Shown here: piece by piece, positions 23,178-36,200 of the stretch | How the letters are laid out: the number at the start of each line of letters is the position of its first letter | How positions within the stretch are numbered: position 1 is the first letter of the stretch | From: Ruditapes philippinarum | Lineage: Eukaryota | Direction of reading: 5' to 3' | DNA: 64,000 bases | NCBI RefSeq assembly: GCF_026571515.1 | Contig: NW_026863297.1 | Coordinates: forward strand, 248,001 to 312,000 | Position numbers and translations under genes: made by a program | Notes under the pieces: model-generated | What the model was told of the DNA's origin: nothing | The model's input: the letters and a program-made list of their open reading frames with translations, nothing else | Database searches by the model: none

Positions 23178-24153
23178 CTAAAAATTATCAACATAATTAT
23201 TTATTGTATATATTTACAGACCTTCCATTATAGACCAATTCACTTTTAAAAATTTCAAGCATAATGGAACATGTAAACATACCTCTTAAAAAAAAAAAGA
23301 AGAGACTAAATATTAACCAAAACAACAATTTCAAATCATAATATTTAAACATGGTGGTTAGTATATTTCATATACAATATGTATACAAGACATTCTTTCT
23401 GTCAATATTTAAAGCAAATAGCAAACGTTCAATTAGCAAAGCTGTACTAGAAATTGCCGTCTGCTAATGCTGAAATTAACATTTCCTATTTGAATATGTT
23501 CAGACATACGCTGCTCTGGAATAATATAATTATACATTTGTTCATTCATGCATCACAAGTTTCCGTTTTGCACTTTTTTAGACACCAAGTCGAAATAGCT
23601 CCACACATTCTCTCCTGCAGTTTTCTAATCGTAAATTGAGATGACCTTGAGATCCGAATAAAAATGACAGTGAACACAAGTACAAGCCAAGTAGTTTGTC
23701 AAGAGTATCAGCACTAAAATCATTGTTTTATCCTACATTCTCTGATTTTTTTACAATAGACTTGCCCTGCATTGGATTTTGGATGGCCTATTGTCCATTG
23801 AAGGGTTGTCAAGTTGGTAATACTAAAATAAAGTCTTAACAACAAGCCTGGCCCAACATTCAGTTTCCGAGGCTAATAGCCACAATTGCTTATATGTTTT
23901 ATATAAAGTTTTGTCTCTTTTGGCTAAAAATTGTTGTCCCATTCCGTCTTCTTCTGTCAAAGCTTGGAAAATCAATCTGTGAGCTTTTCAGTAAATATTT
24001 TGTAACCTAGAGAGCTTGCATTGATAAATTGCTTTCAATTACCTGACAAATCCAATGTCAGTTTTTGTATATACTTGTTTTTTTGTATTGTAATGATTAA
24101 TAATGACAAAGTTTTATGATGCGAGGATGTGTATTTGGCTATTTATATGAAAA

Positions 24154-24280
24154 TCATATGCTATGGCCTGAGCTGCCGGAACTGTTTGACTGACCACTAC
24201 TGTCCGAGTGTGTGGACGTGCGTTTTTCTTCATCAGTTGGTAATTCCAAAATGACCATCTTCTCTAAGACACGCACCCAT
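24154..24280 (-). CDS. FGD4: FGD-like last coding exon
   Basis: [41 protein letters not shown] then TGA; supplies the PH2 tryptophan. Confidence 0.92.
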
Positions 24281-27200
24281 CTGAAAATATTACAAGTTTT
24301 CTGTTTATTAAGGATTTGTGGTCGCAAGGTAATGGTTATAAAACTTATTTCTTTATCATGATCACAAATAAATAAAAATCATCATAAATTTATAAAAGCA
24401 TTTAACACTACAATCTTTTTTAAAACCTTAACCTGAATGCATAGACATGTCCAATTTTCCTTTTTTCGAAAAGTACAAACAATAGACTACTTCCTGTTGT
24501 AGCAAGAAAAGTACAAGTTAAAATATATTAGCTCCCAAGAAAGTTACAGTGACTTGAAGTAACTTGGCTTGTAATCGCAATTGGATTTTATAAGCTCGAA
24601 AGACAGGGTACAGTGATTTTGTTTATAAATTGTGTTTTTGAAACAGTTAATATCAATGTAAGGCAATTGACAGTAGTGATGGAAATCGGGTGAAATTTCA
24701 CCCAATCGATTACAGGTTCAATCGGATGGGATATAATCGATAACTTTCTGGTTGATAATTGCCTGAACAAGAAAGAAGAGACGTAAAATAACCTGATAGA
24801 CTGCATCCAAAATAGTTATTATATATAATTATAATGACCTACAAATAAATAAAAAGATGGATGTTGCTATTATTTCAGTTACAATACAGTACCCATAACT
24901 TAAGTAGTATTTTGACATGGACTTATTATATGTACATGACCAGATACATTTAAGCAGGAAAGGAATTTAACGGCCCTGATTTAACAACAGATTTATATTT
25001 TTAGTATGTATGTAATCAGTACAGTCCATTTACTTAAAAGAAAATTAAATATCTACATGTAGCTGGTTTGGACGCATTTGCAATGAGGGTCTGCTGAATA
25101 ACAGAAGACAAGTTAACCTTTTTTCTATGGGTGTCAAATGATGAACACCATTTTTTAGTTTTGACTAATAAAAAACTTTAATAATTTTACTCTTGTTGAA
25201 TCAGAGGCCTTATGTTAAACAGAACCCACTTTTGCATATATGTTTCAGATAGCCGTATTGAGTAGAAGATTTTCCATTTATAAAAATCCTGTCTGAATTT
25301 AAAGAAGTACAATGCTAAGTTATTTGTTCACTGGATGAGAAAACAATTCCACATCATTTGCGTCCATCGCAAGGAAAATTATTGTCAGAATTAACTCCCT
25401 TTGTTATGGTGAGTAATTTTTCACGACATCGCGAATCGGAATTTATGTTAATCAATTATTGTCGCTCTAATCATCGGCAACTAGCGACAATCGGAACATC
25501 ACTAATTCACAGTGATTGTTTGGATGTTGATCAGCCTAGAGTATTGAGCCTGATCAGACTGCATGTTTGTACAGGCTGGCATGGAGCAAAACTGGTTGCC
25601 AAGCCTATGCAGTTTCAGCTATTGTAAAAAAATAAATGACTTACTGCGTGAATTGAATTTCTGAATCTGCCTGGAAGAAGCATACATTGATATCTTTGTG
25701 AGTTAGGGAGAACACGTTGGGACGGTCTGCTGAGTCTCCTATCACCTTTACAGAATGACCAGGTAAAGGTAAAGTCTGTATCGCTGCAACATCCTGTAAT
25801 TTAAAAATATAATATAGTACACTTTTTATTCTTTTATCCATAATGTTTCGCAATATAATTGCCCTGTTCCATTGGCCTACTTTTAATTTTGTAAACTTAG
25901 TTTGTATATAAAAATCCTTTAAGCAAACTTACAATGCCATTAGGCCAGCGTGCACAGTCATGTTGGTTGACCTGTCTCTAAAATATGGCCTTTCATTAGA
26001 ATGATTAAAAGCATTTTACATTTCTGTTGTTTGGGTCTATTTTGTTGTTGTTTCAGTTATATCCTTTTGGTAAAGATTTTGGAAAAAGTAAAATCTAATT
26101 ATTAACATAAATAGTAAAATTTTATTAGGTTTGGTTTTTTCCACAGTTTTTTTAATTGTAGAATACTGCTTTCACAAATCATGTTGAAAGTAGAAAATTT
26201 TTGACAATTACTGTATAATAAGTTATTTATGTGAGGCCATAATTTTACCAATTCAACATTTTGGCTCTATTTTTACAGCAAGATATAAAAAAATATTCCT
26301 GCGTTCCTTCTTAATTATATATGACACTTAAATATTTCTTCTTTACAACAAGTCCACTAAAATTTAACCTTTTGAGAAAATTCTTAATTTTACAGCATCT
26401 TGTTTTATGGGTTTTTTTTGTCTTTTTTTAAAAAATTTTTATGGATGTTTCTGAAAAACCTTTAAAAAGCATTGCTTACTTTATGTTTCTTGTAAAAATA
26501 GAGAGCAAAATCATCATGAACGGTTATCCATTTTTTTGTCCATTTATGATCCTTGTCCATCACATTTAAATAACCACTTAGTATAGAAGCCTCATCTGCC
26601 TTGTGTATCTGAAATATATAATAAATACATACCGTAAATTCACATAATTTCCTGGGCATGAAATTTCGTGGTTTTGTCACAAGGAACGTTTTGTGGGCTC
26701 TAAAATTCATTGACTGTTTATTTTTCCAAAATGTAAAATGTAAATAAAGCAATAAAAAATAATTGTTAGATCTCGTGAATTTGTGACCTATCCACAAAAA
26801 CCACTAAAACTAGTTCCCCATGAATATAAATGATTTTGCAGGAATCAATACTGCTCAATAACTTATTGACTACTGGGAAGGGTTTAAAATTACTTGTATA
26901 AAAGATCACAAACATGACACAATGTGCATAGCGCAACATCCAGGTTGCTGCTATCCTGAAGGTCAATGTCATACATAAAGGTCAAATATTCTTGTCTGAA
27001 ACTTTTTCGGACTTTTGGAAGATTATGAATTAATTAAGAAAATATATGGACCAACTAATTATCAAGACTGCTTTTTGTAATAAGAATATGGTTTTATAAA
27101 ATCATTTCAAACAATTAACAGTAATAGTATAAATACAAGTGAAATAAATGTATGCTACCCTTAACCTGCTAAATTTGTGTAATGGTTTTACCCAGCTCCA

Positions 27201-30200
27201 AATTTGGAACAGTCCATTTAAAGTTTAAAGGATTTTGATATCAAAGTAAAGAAAAATTTGAGCTACCAACAGCCTAGAGCCTGGTCAGACATCACAGGTG
27301 TGCAGACTCAGGACAGGCTCTATTCTGGTGACAAAGGTTTAAATTACTTTCAGTTAGGCTAAGGCCGCAACTGGATAATGGAGGAAAAATATTTTGCATA
27401 CCTGAATGGCTGGTTTAGGTGATATAGGCGTAACTTCCGTTGATAACTCTAGAGAGCTAACACTTCCTTTTCCTTTCTTCAGTATATCGTAACATTTCTG
27501 ACATACTCTATTCATCTGGTTACTGTCATAGGCTAACTGGACTTTCTTAGATGAACACTTGTTACAAAATACCTGTAATATATAGTTAGTTATAGCAATA
27601 ATGGCATGGTATTAGTTGTCCCTGGAAATAGCATTATAAATGTATCACAAAATTACTGATTAAGACTGTTCATGGTCCCTTATACAAATTTCATTTAACT
27701 ACAATAACAAGAGCTGTTTGTAGGGTATTCTTTTCTATTCTCAGTACTTGATAGTAAAACAAGAGCCTGATTAATATTTCTTAGTTCAAAAAGGGCCATA
27801 ATTCTTCCAAAATTCATGTCTTACTTATGGGCCTTGGATAGTGACCTCCTATTATGCTCTCAAATAAATGTGTGAAGTTTCAAGCCATTCCCTTCAGTAG
27901 TTTTAGAGATACTAGCTTGCACACAAAAACTTAACCAAAGTGTGACACCGACATTAGTACAATAGCTCTCTCTGTTCTTCAAAATACTCCCGCTAAAAAC
28001 TGAAACTATCAAACAAGAAATAATTGCAGATTGGGGAAAGACAATAGATGAAAATAAATCCAAATATCAATCCTAATTGTTTACGCAAGCATTACATTTG
28101 TATAATATAGAAAAGTAACCACCTTGCCACATGCCCTACAATGGTGCCTCCTTTTTATGGCTGTGAACTTGTCCTGACATGACATACACATTGTCACTTC
28201 CTCGTCCTTTACCCACTGTGGAGACTTCTGTCCTAACTGGTTACCCTACAAAAGCAAACCAATCTCTTATCATATCCAGAACCATTCTTGTACACAACCT
28301 GCTTACTTTCTTACATAAATTTGTTCAGCTTCCATTTTTTTAACTCTTCATTATAAATATAGGGATATCAAGTTCAAAATTTTAAGTTAGTCAGCCAACA
28401 GTATAGAGCCTGCTAGGACAGCATGAGCAGAAGGCAGTTAAGGCTACCTAACACTTTCAAATGTCCAGGCTTTTCTGGCTCAATACTAGTGGCAATGGCT
28501 TATCACTTTCTATTTCAGCTGAAATATTTATCTAGTACCAGTCTTAAGTTCAAGCATCTGATTGGCTGATTCAAAGCACAAATTCAAATTCAACCAATGA
28601 CAGTGTTCAAGCTGGAGACTGGTATATGAAAGTTAGCTTCTTTTTATGAACAAATATTACACAACAACATCAAGCTTTCGATATAGAACTGCTTTGAAAC
28701 CTTATGGTAAAGAAGTTAATGCATCAATCAAATTTCATTTCTTATGATTTAAGTTACAAACATGTAGCAAACAGGACATTAACAGAATATAAAATAAAAT
28801 CATTGAATATCATTCCACTCTAAAATATACCAAGCAAATCTAATATTTCATACCTTTCATCAACATTAAAAAAGCTCTTAATAATATGACAAAAGCAAAA
28901 CGTATTCCAAATAAAATGCCTAATAAGCTGGAACAAGAATTTAAACCAGACTAAACTTGTTCCCAACTTTGTTGTACTAAGAGTATAATTATGTATGTAT
29001 TCCTATATAAATGTGATATATCTAGTGCATGCAACAGACTGATAATTCAAGATACATTTCTGCAGAATTATTTTCAAAAACGTTTTTATTTTCATTTTTT
29101 TTGTCATTAGCACCCCTTTAACTCTGTAAGTTGTTTATTTTTTATGATTATTTTTAACAGTCCCCACCTTTTCGAAGATAAAGGGGACATAGACATGGGC
29201 TCCATCTCTCTGTCTGTCTGTCTGTCTGTCCATCCAGCCGTCATTAAGAGATTTTGAAATAACTTGGCACAAATAATCACCATTATATGACAATGTGTCA
29301 AAAGCAACATGAAGACTCCTACCTCAAAGGTCAAGGTCACAGTTAGAGGTCAAAGCTTAACATGGTCTGTTTTATTGTTCGCTTTGTGTCCAGTGCACAA
29401 CTTCTCCATTCATGAAAGGATTTTGATATCAGTTTGCACATATATGAACAATATTAAGACAATGTGCCATTTGTAACACCCAGACCTCTACCATCAAGGT
29501 CACACATAGAGGTCAAAGCTTAACATGGTCTATTTCCTAGTCCAGAGAATAAATCCAAAAGAATGCAAGAGATTCCAGTTAAAATTAAAAATATAAATAG
29601 GTAATAGTGCACTGCGAGATAACCATAACTCCATCTCAAATAATTTTCTAATTATCTCCCCTTATTTAGTTATTTTCAGTGAAAAAACTGCTGAAATGTA
29701 CTTCTATTGACAAAGTCACAAGAATTATCTCCTTATTTCATTATATTTCTATAACAAATTTACTGTTGAATGTGCAGATCTAGCATTTATCAAGATTTTG
29801 CACTAATAGTCAAGACCCGTTGCTCAAACATTTGAAATAACACTATTGTTCACATAAAACTTCCCTAACGGGGATGTTGGTAACATTGTTACAAATTCTT
29901 GTTAAATTCAAATATTAACCTGTGCAGAAAATTAAACTTTACTAAAGAATGGTAATTAACTACGAGTAACTAATTAGCAGAAAGTTGAAAAATACTAAAG
30001 TAAATACATGTACTAATTAGAAGAAAGTTTAAACTGACTGTATTTGTGTTTTGACAAACTTACATGATACAAAATAAATATTTTCTCTTTTTGCAAAAGA
30101 AAAAGACATCATAATGAGTACACAGAGAGTCTGCTGTCTATTTATATGATACCACACAGAAGAGAATATTATAGTACATGCATATGATGGACCACTAAAT

Positions 30201-33200
30201 TTGGTCTATACATGGATAAAATTGAAAACAAAGAAAAAAAATTTTTTCTTTAAAAAAATGAATCTTTGAGTTTCTGATGAAACATAAGAAATTTTATAAT
30301 CTTAGATTGTTACCCATCATGTGTTCAAATAAAATTACAGTAATTCAAACTTACAGAGCTTTTATAGTTTGTTTTGTTTAACCTGTACCACCCTATACAT
30401 CTTCAATGGACTTGTCCATCTGTCAATCTGGACCAAACCGTTCATAATTTTTTAGGGAAATTTTGAAAATAAGTATTGATTGAATTGTGATTGAATTGTG
30501 AACAAGAAGCCATGTTATGCAATGAAAACCAGATTTTCAACGACCAAGTTTTGATGTGACAGCTATCAATATGGTAGGTCAAAGTGCACTGCAGTTATTG
30601 AGTAGAAGCTGAAAATTCTATTGAGTATTGTAAGCAAATGACCTTGACCTTGCTCCCAAATATCTAAGTGGCAATCCAAAGCTGCCACACAGCAATTTTG
30701 GTGAAGCAAACTCAAGTTATAATGTGAAAACTGAACTTCTTTCTTTTAAGCAACATTGACCTTGTTCACAGACCCCTGAGTAGCAATGCTAAGTTGCCTC
30801 TTGAAATAAGCTGCCCATACACCAAGTTTTGTGTCAATAGGCCAAAGCAAACTCAAGTTATTGAACGGAAACCAAAAGTTGACACCTGGCCGCCCGCCCA
30901 CTTTGGCATTACAACAAATTATGGTGTGGAAATTTCTATTTTTAGCTATTTTTAGTAACAGTGATCTTTACCTTGATCACAGACACAGGGTAGCAATCCC
31001 AAGCTGCCTCTTGATATACGCTATCCATACACCAAGTTTGGTGTCAATAGGCCAAAGCAAACTCAAGTTATTGAATGGAAACCAAAAGTTGACACGTGCC
31101 CGCCCACGGACTTTGGCATTACAATAACCAGTTTTCGTTGAAAACCTGGTCAACAATGAGGATCATGACCACACAGCACTGATTGCCAGCTGATCTTGGT
31201 CTGCACTGGTCACATGAGTAAATTAATTCCTCCCCCCCCCCCCCCCATCAAAGTAAAGGTTTAGCTTAGTGCCAAATAATTACTGGAAATCATGTGACTC
31301 TCCTTAAAGGCTTAAAGTTGCAAATCCCATGTTGAGACACCTTACTGTCTCCCTACTGTGCCAATTCGGCGAGCCATCGAGATAATTAAAGAAGCCTGTT
31401 TCAATTTCAAAACTAAACAGAGCAGAATTAAGTTTGATAATACATATATAAGGAAAATTTTGGTTTAATGCAATAAATTATATATTAAATATACAATCAT
31501 GTATATGTACTTTATTTTCCTTTCTTAGAAGAATGCCCATGCTGTAAAAACAACTTCATCTAGCCTACTTTCCCTTCAAAACTTGTACAACCAGAAATTC
31601 AAATAAATGTTTAAATGGCACCTAATTAAAAATAATTTTCTGCCCATGTTCAGTGTCTGCCATATCGAGAAGTTTTTTTTTTTATCAACAGATGAGGAAA
31701 TTAGCCAAAAGAAAGAAGAAATTAAGAAAACTACAAAATAAAATGCAATTAGGAACCCAAAAACTTAGATTGAGACGTATTTTCTACAATTTTTTTCGCA
31801 ACACAGTATTGATATTTGTTCTCTCTCTCTCTCTTTATAGCATGTATTTAATACAATCCACAATTTCAGGTATGAACTTTGACTATATATATTAATATTA
31901 TATCCTAAGGTTCCATTGCAACATAAATATTTTCAGTTTGTACAAGATTTTGTAGCTATATATAAAGAATTGAGAGGGGACTATGCTGGATAATTTTGCT
32001 AACAAAATGTGTACCAGATTTTTTGCAGGTAATGATGTGGTGAAAAGAGATGACATGCTTGTTGATAAACCTAGAGATACTGTTGATTCCTGATAAAATA
32101 AAAACATGAATTAAATCAATTAACATGGAATCAAATCAGTTTATATGGAGTGAATCAATAAACATGAAATTGAATCACTTTATATGGAGGGAATCAATAT
32201 TAACATGAAATTGAATCAGTTTATATGGAACAAAACAATTAACATGAAATTGAATCAGTTTATATGGAACAAATCAATTAACATGAAATGTAATCAGTTT
32301 TTATGAAACGAATCAATTAACATGAAATTGAATCAGTTTATATGGAGGGAATCAATTAACATGAAATTGAATCAGTTTATATGGAACAAATCAATTAACA
32401 TGAAATTGAATCAGTTTATATGGAATGAATCAATTAACATGAAATTGAATCAGTTTATATGTAACAAATCAATTAACATGAAATGGAATCAGTTTATATG
32501 GAGCGAATCAATATTAACATGAAATTGAATCACTTTATATTGAATGAATCAATTAACATGAAATTGAATCAGTTTATATGGAATGAATCAATTAACATTA
32601 AATTGAATCAGTTTATATGGAATGAATCAATTAACATGACATTGAATCAGATTATTTGTAACAAATCAATTAACATGAAATGGAATCAGTTTATAAGGAG
32701 TGAATCAATATTAACATGAAATTGAATCACTTTATATTGAATAAATCAATAAACATGAAATTGAATCAGTTTATATGGAACAAATCAATTAACATGAAAT
32801 TGAATCAGTTTATATGGAATGAATCAATTAACATGAAATTGAATCAGTTTATATGGAATGAATCAATAAACATGAAATTGAATCAGATTATATGTAATGA
32901 ATCAATAAACATGAAATTGAATCAGATTATATGTAACAAATCAATTAACATGAAATGGAATCAGTTTATATGGAATGAATCAATTAACATAAAATTGAAT
33001 CAGTTTATATGTAACAAATCAATTAACATGAAATTGAATCAGTTTATATGGAATGAATCAATTAACATAAAATTGAATCAGTTTATATGTAACAAATCAA
33101 TTAACATGAAATGAAATCAGTTTATATGGAGCAAATCAATTAACAAACAGAATCAAATAAGTTTATATGGAGCAAATCTATCAATTAGCATAAAAATTGA

Positions 33201-36200
33201 ATTAGTTTATGCATAGCAATGGGATCAAATCAGTTTATATGCAGCAAATCTATTCAAATCGTACAAATTTATATGGGATCAAATTAATAAACATGGAATA
33301 AACATCAGATCAAATTGGTTTAAATGCTGCAAATCAATTAACATGAAATTGAATCAGTTTGTATGGAGCAAATCTATTAATGTGAAATTAAAATCAGTTT
33401 ATATAGAACAAATCAAGTGATTGGAAATTAAATCAGTTTAATATATGGAGAAAATCCATTAACATGGAATAAAATCAGTTTATGTGATACAAATCTATAA
33501 ACATGGAATTAAATTGGTTTATATGGAAGTAATCAATAAACATACTGCATTAAATGAAATAAATTCACACTGAATAATGTGATGAAATAACAATGAGCAA
33601 ACAGCCTAAAAACTAAAATATATATCTTTAATATGGAAACTATTTATAATTTCAAGCACACATATTCAATTCAAAGCAACATTCTATTATTGCTCACAAT
33701 ACAGGCAAACAATACATTTCACAATAATAAGAGTCACAAATAATGCATGCTAACTAGAACCAAACAATCAGCATTTTAACTAATATCGTACATAGGGCTT
33801 TATAGATCTACCAGTATATATATATTTATTTCAACACTCAAAGATTCCAATCAATTTAATCAAAATTTTTCCACAACCCGAGACCTCCTCTGTTTACCAT
33901 TTATTGTCCATGAATATAAGCAATTCAGTTTATTTGCATTTAAACTGATACACTATACATGTGTATTTATATTTTTGTCATATCTGCATTTCAAATATGG
34001 AATGTTGCACTAGCAGCATCTTAATTTGTCACCTTAGTGCAGTTACAGGTTAACTCCTATTAAATAGTATAAGGAGTTTACCCATTACTGCTCTAAGGTG
34101 ACAATATCCATCTAAAATGTTAGTTTCTATATATTTTTATTAGTTTTTGGATTAAATCACATTATAAGTAAGCAGAGATGAAATGATTTATACAAGTTAA
34201 GAGATACATGATTAGTGACCTTCATCCATTTAATATTTTTTTCATATTTTGCTAAAAAATGAAAATTTGGAGTACCAGTGACTTGCCCTGCATTAAAGGG
34301 TGTAGTGGTGGTGAAAATTATGAAAACTTTTAGAACTACAGAAGCGTGTACTTATTTGAGCCGAGTCACAACAAAACCAACATACATGTAATGGTCTGCG
34401 CAGTCTGATCAGATTCCATGCTGTTAGCTTACAAACTCTATTACAAGTAGAGAAACTGATAGCGAACAGCATGGATCCTGATCAGACTGCACATATGTGC
34501 AGGCTGGTCTGGATCCATGCTGGTCGCAAACCCACTATGTTGGTTTTGTCATGATGCGACTCATTTTAATCTCTTTTAATTTAATATAGGGCATATCTGA
34601 ATAGAGTCCTAGCAAAAAGTGTCACTGTTTTGTAACACTTGTGGATTTATTATTTGAAAACAGAATAAACTATGTATCTTAACAAAATATTTATATAATG
34701 AAATTTTCAAATAATATATTCAAAAGGGTTAGCAAGTATTTCGCATCATGTGCTACCTACATAATCAGAATCTACAGACATTATTCATTAATCTATGTTC
34801 TTTGTTTTGTGTTGGGTGTTTGATTTTTATAAAGATACAAAGAAATACAAATTCTACTAATCAAAGACGCCCAAAACAGCTGTACTGTATACCAGTACCC
34901 TTTAAAACATTGCGTTGTCCATGGTTACCATGATCAAAAAATAAATAAAAATAATTAAGTGTTGGTAGGACTGTACAGATAAAAAAATACAGGCTGGCAA
35001 AAATCTATACTGGTGTCATAGGCAAGTCAATGTTACAACATTGGTTCTGAGAAATTTGAAAAAAAAAAGGTCCTCACTCACCAGATCTGGATGGTTGTCA
35101 GCTACAGGGTTTGGCGGCCCGGGATCTGATTTTACTCTACATAATTTTGATTTATGATGGTAGTCTGTGACCACTTGTTGGAATGTCTGAAAAATATAAC
35201 ACATGGTAATATAAATATAGGGAACCAGTCGAGACTTTAACACTGAACTTGTGCTAGACATAAAATAAGGAACTTATTTAGTTATTTAATTAAAGTGACA
35301 TCTGACTAAAATTATAAAAAAAATTACACTTACTGCAAACCAGTCCAAGCCTTGACCACTGTTGGCCCTGTAAAAAAACAAAAACAAACACTTAGATATT
35401 GAAAAATGTGATGGAATGAAATTGTATTTTTTAATTTGTCCTCAAAATCTGCTCAGTTTTTCCATACCCTGAATGTTTGTGCACTATCTCCCTTTAATTC
35501 TCCTAATATAACAACAAGAAATCATTTTTGTTACTAAATATAGAATCTGTTTCACTGTCGAGCAGTAATTACTGTCTAGCGGAGCCAGTTCAACTTGAAC
35601 TACCTACCATATAAAAACTATAATTATATTTATTTCTGTAATGAATGAGAACCTATGTGTACTTCAAATACAAAAAATATTCATGAAAGTAATTGCAAAA
35701 GGCAAGACAATTCTCCTTTTACTGTAATGCCTATTTAAATACCAATCTCAAAGCTATTTTATCCTTACTTTCCAAACACATATCAATCTTTTTAGCCTTC
35801 CCTGTTATTTTGTCTCATTTAGGTACCATTCTACTAAATAACAAAACCCATTCTCTATGGAGATAAAGAACAAAATGTAGATAAATGTAAGAACAAAATT
35901 TAGTTAAATCTATCCATCCTACATGTTTCCATGGTTACCAATTTTAACTACCATCCCTTTAAATCTATTTGCCTCTGTTGCTATAGTAAATAGGTAAATT
36001 AAAACTGATTGTTTTACATTTCTATTTGTTTAAACACTAAACAGCATAAAAAGCAAAAAGTCTCCAATTTTCCCCTATAATTATGTAAAAGCCTGTTTCA
36101 AAAAAAATATTGAAACATAAGAATTAATATGATCAAACTCATTCCTGGGACTAACCCACACAAGCCTGATATTCTTTGTTCTCCCAATAAAGGCCAGTTA

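Noticed and set aside
32322-33114. ([13 protein letters not shown])n ORFs
   Set aside because: Product of the 39-bp tandem repeat, broken by frameshifts.
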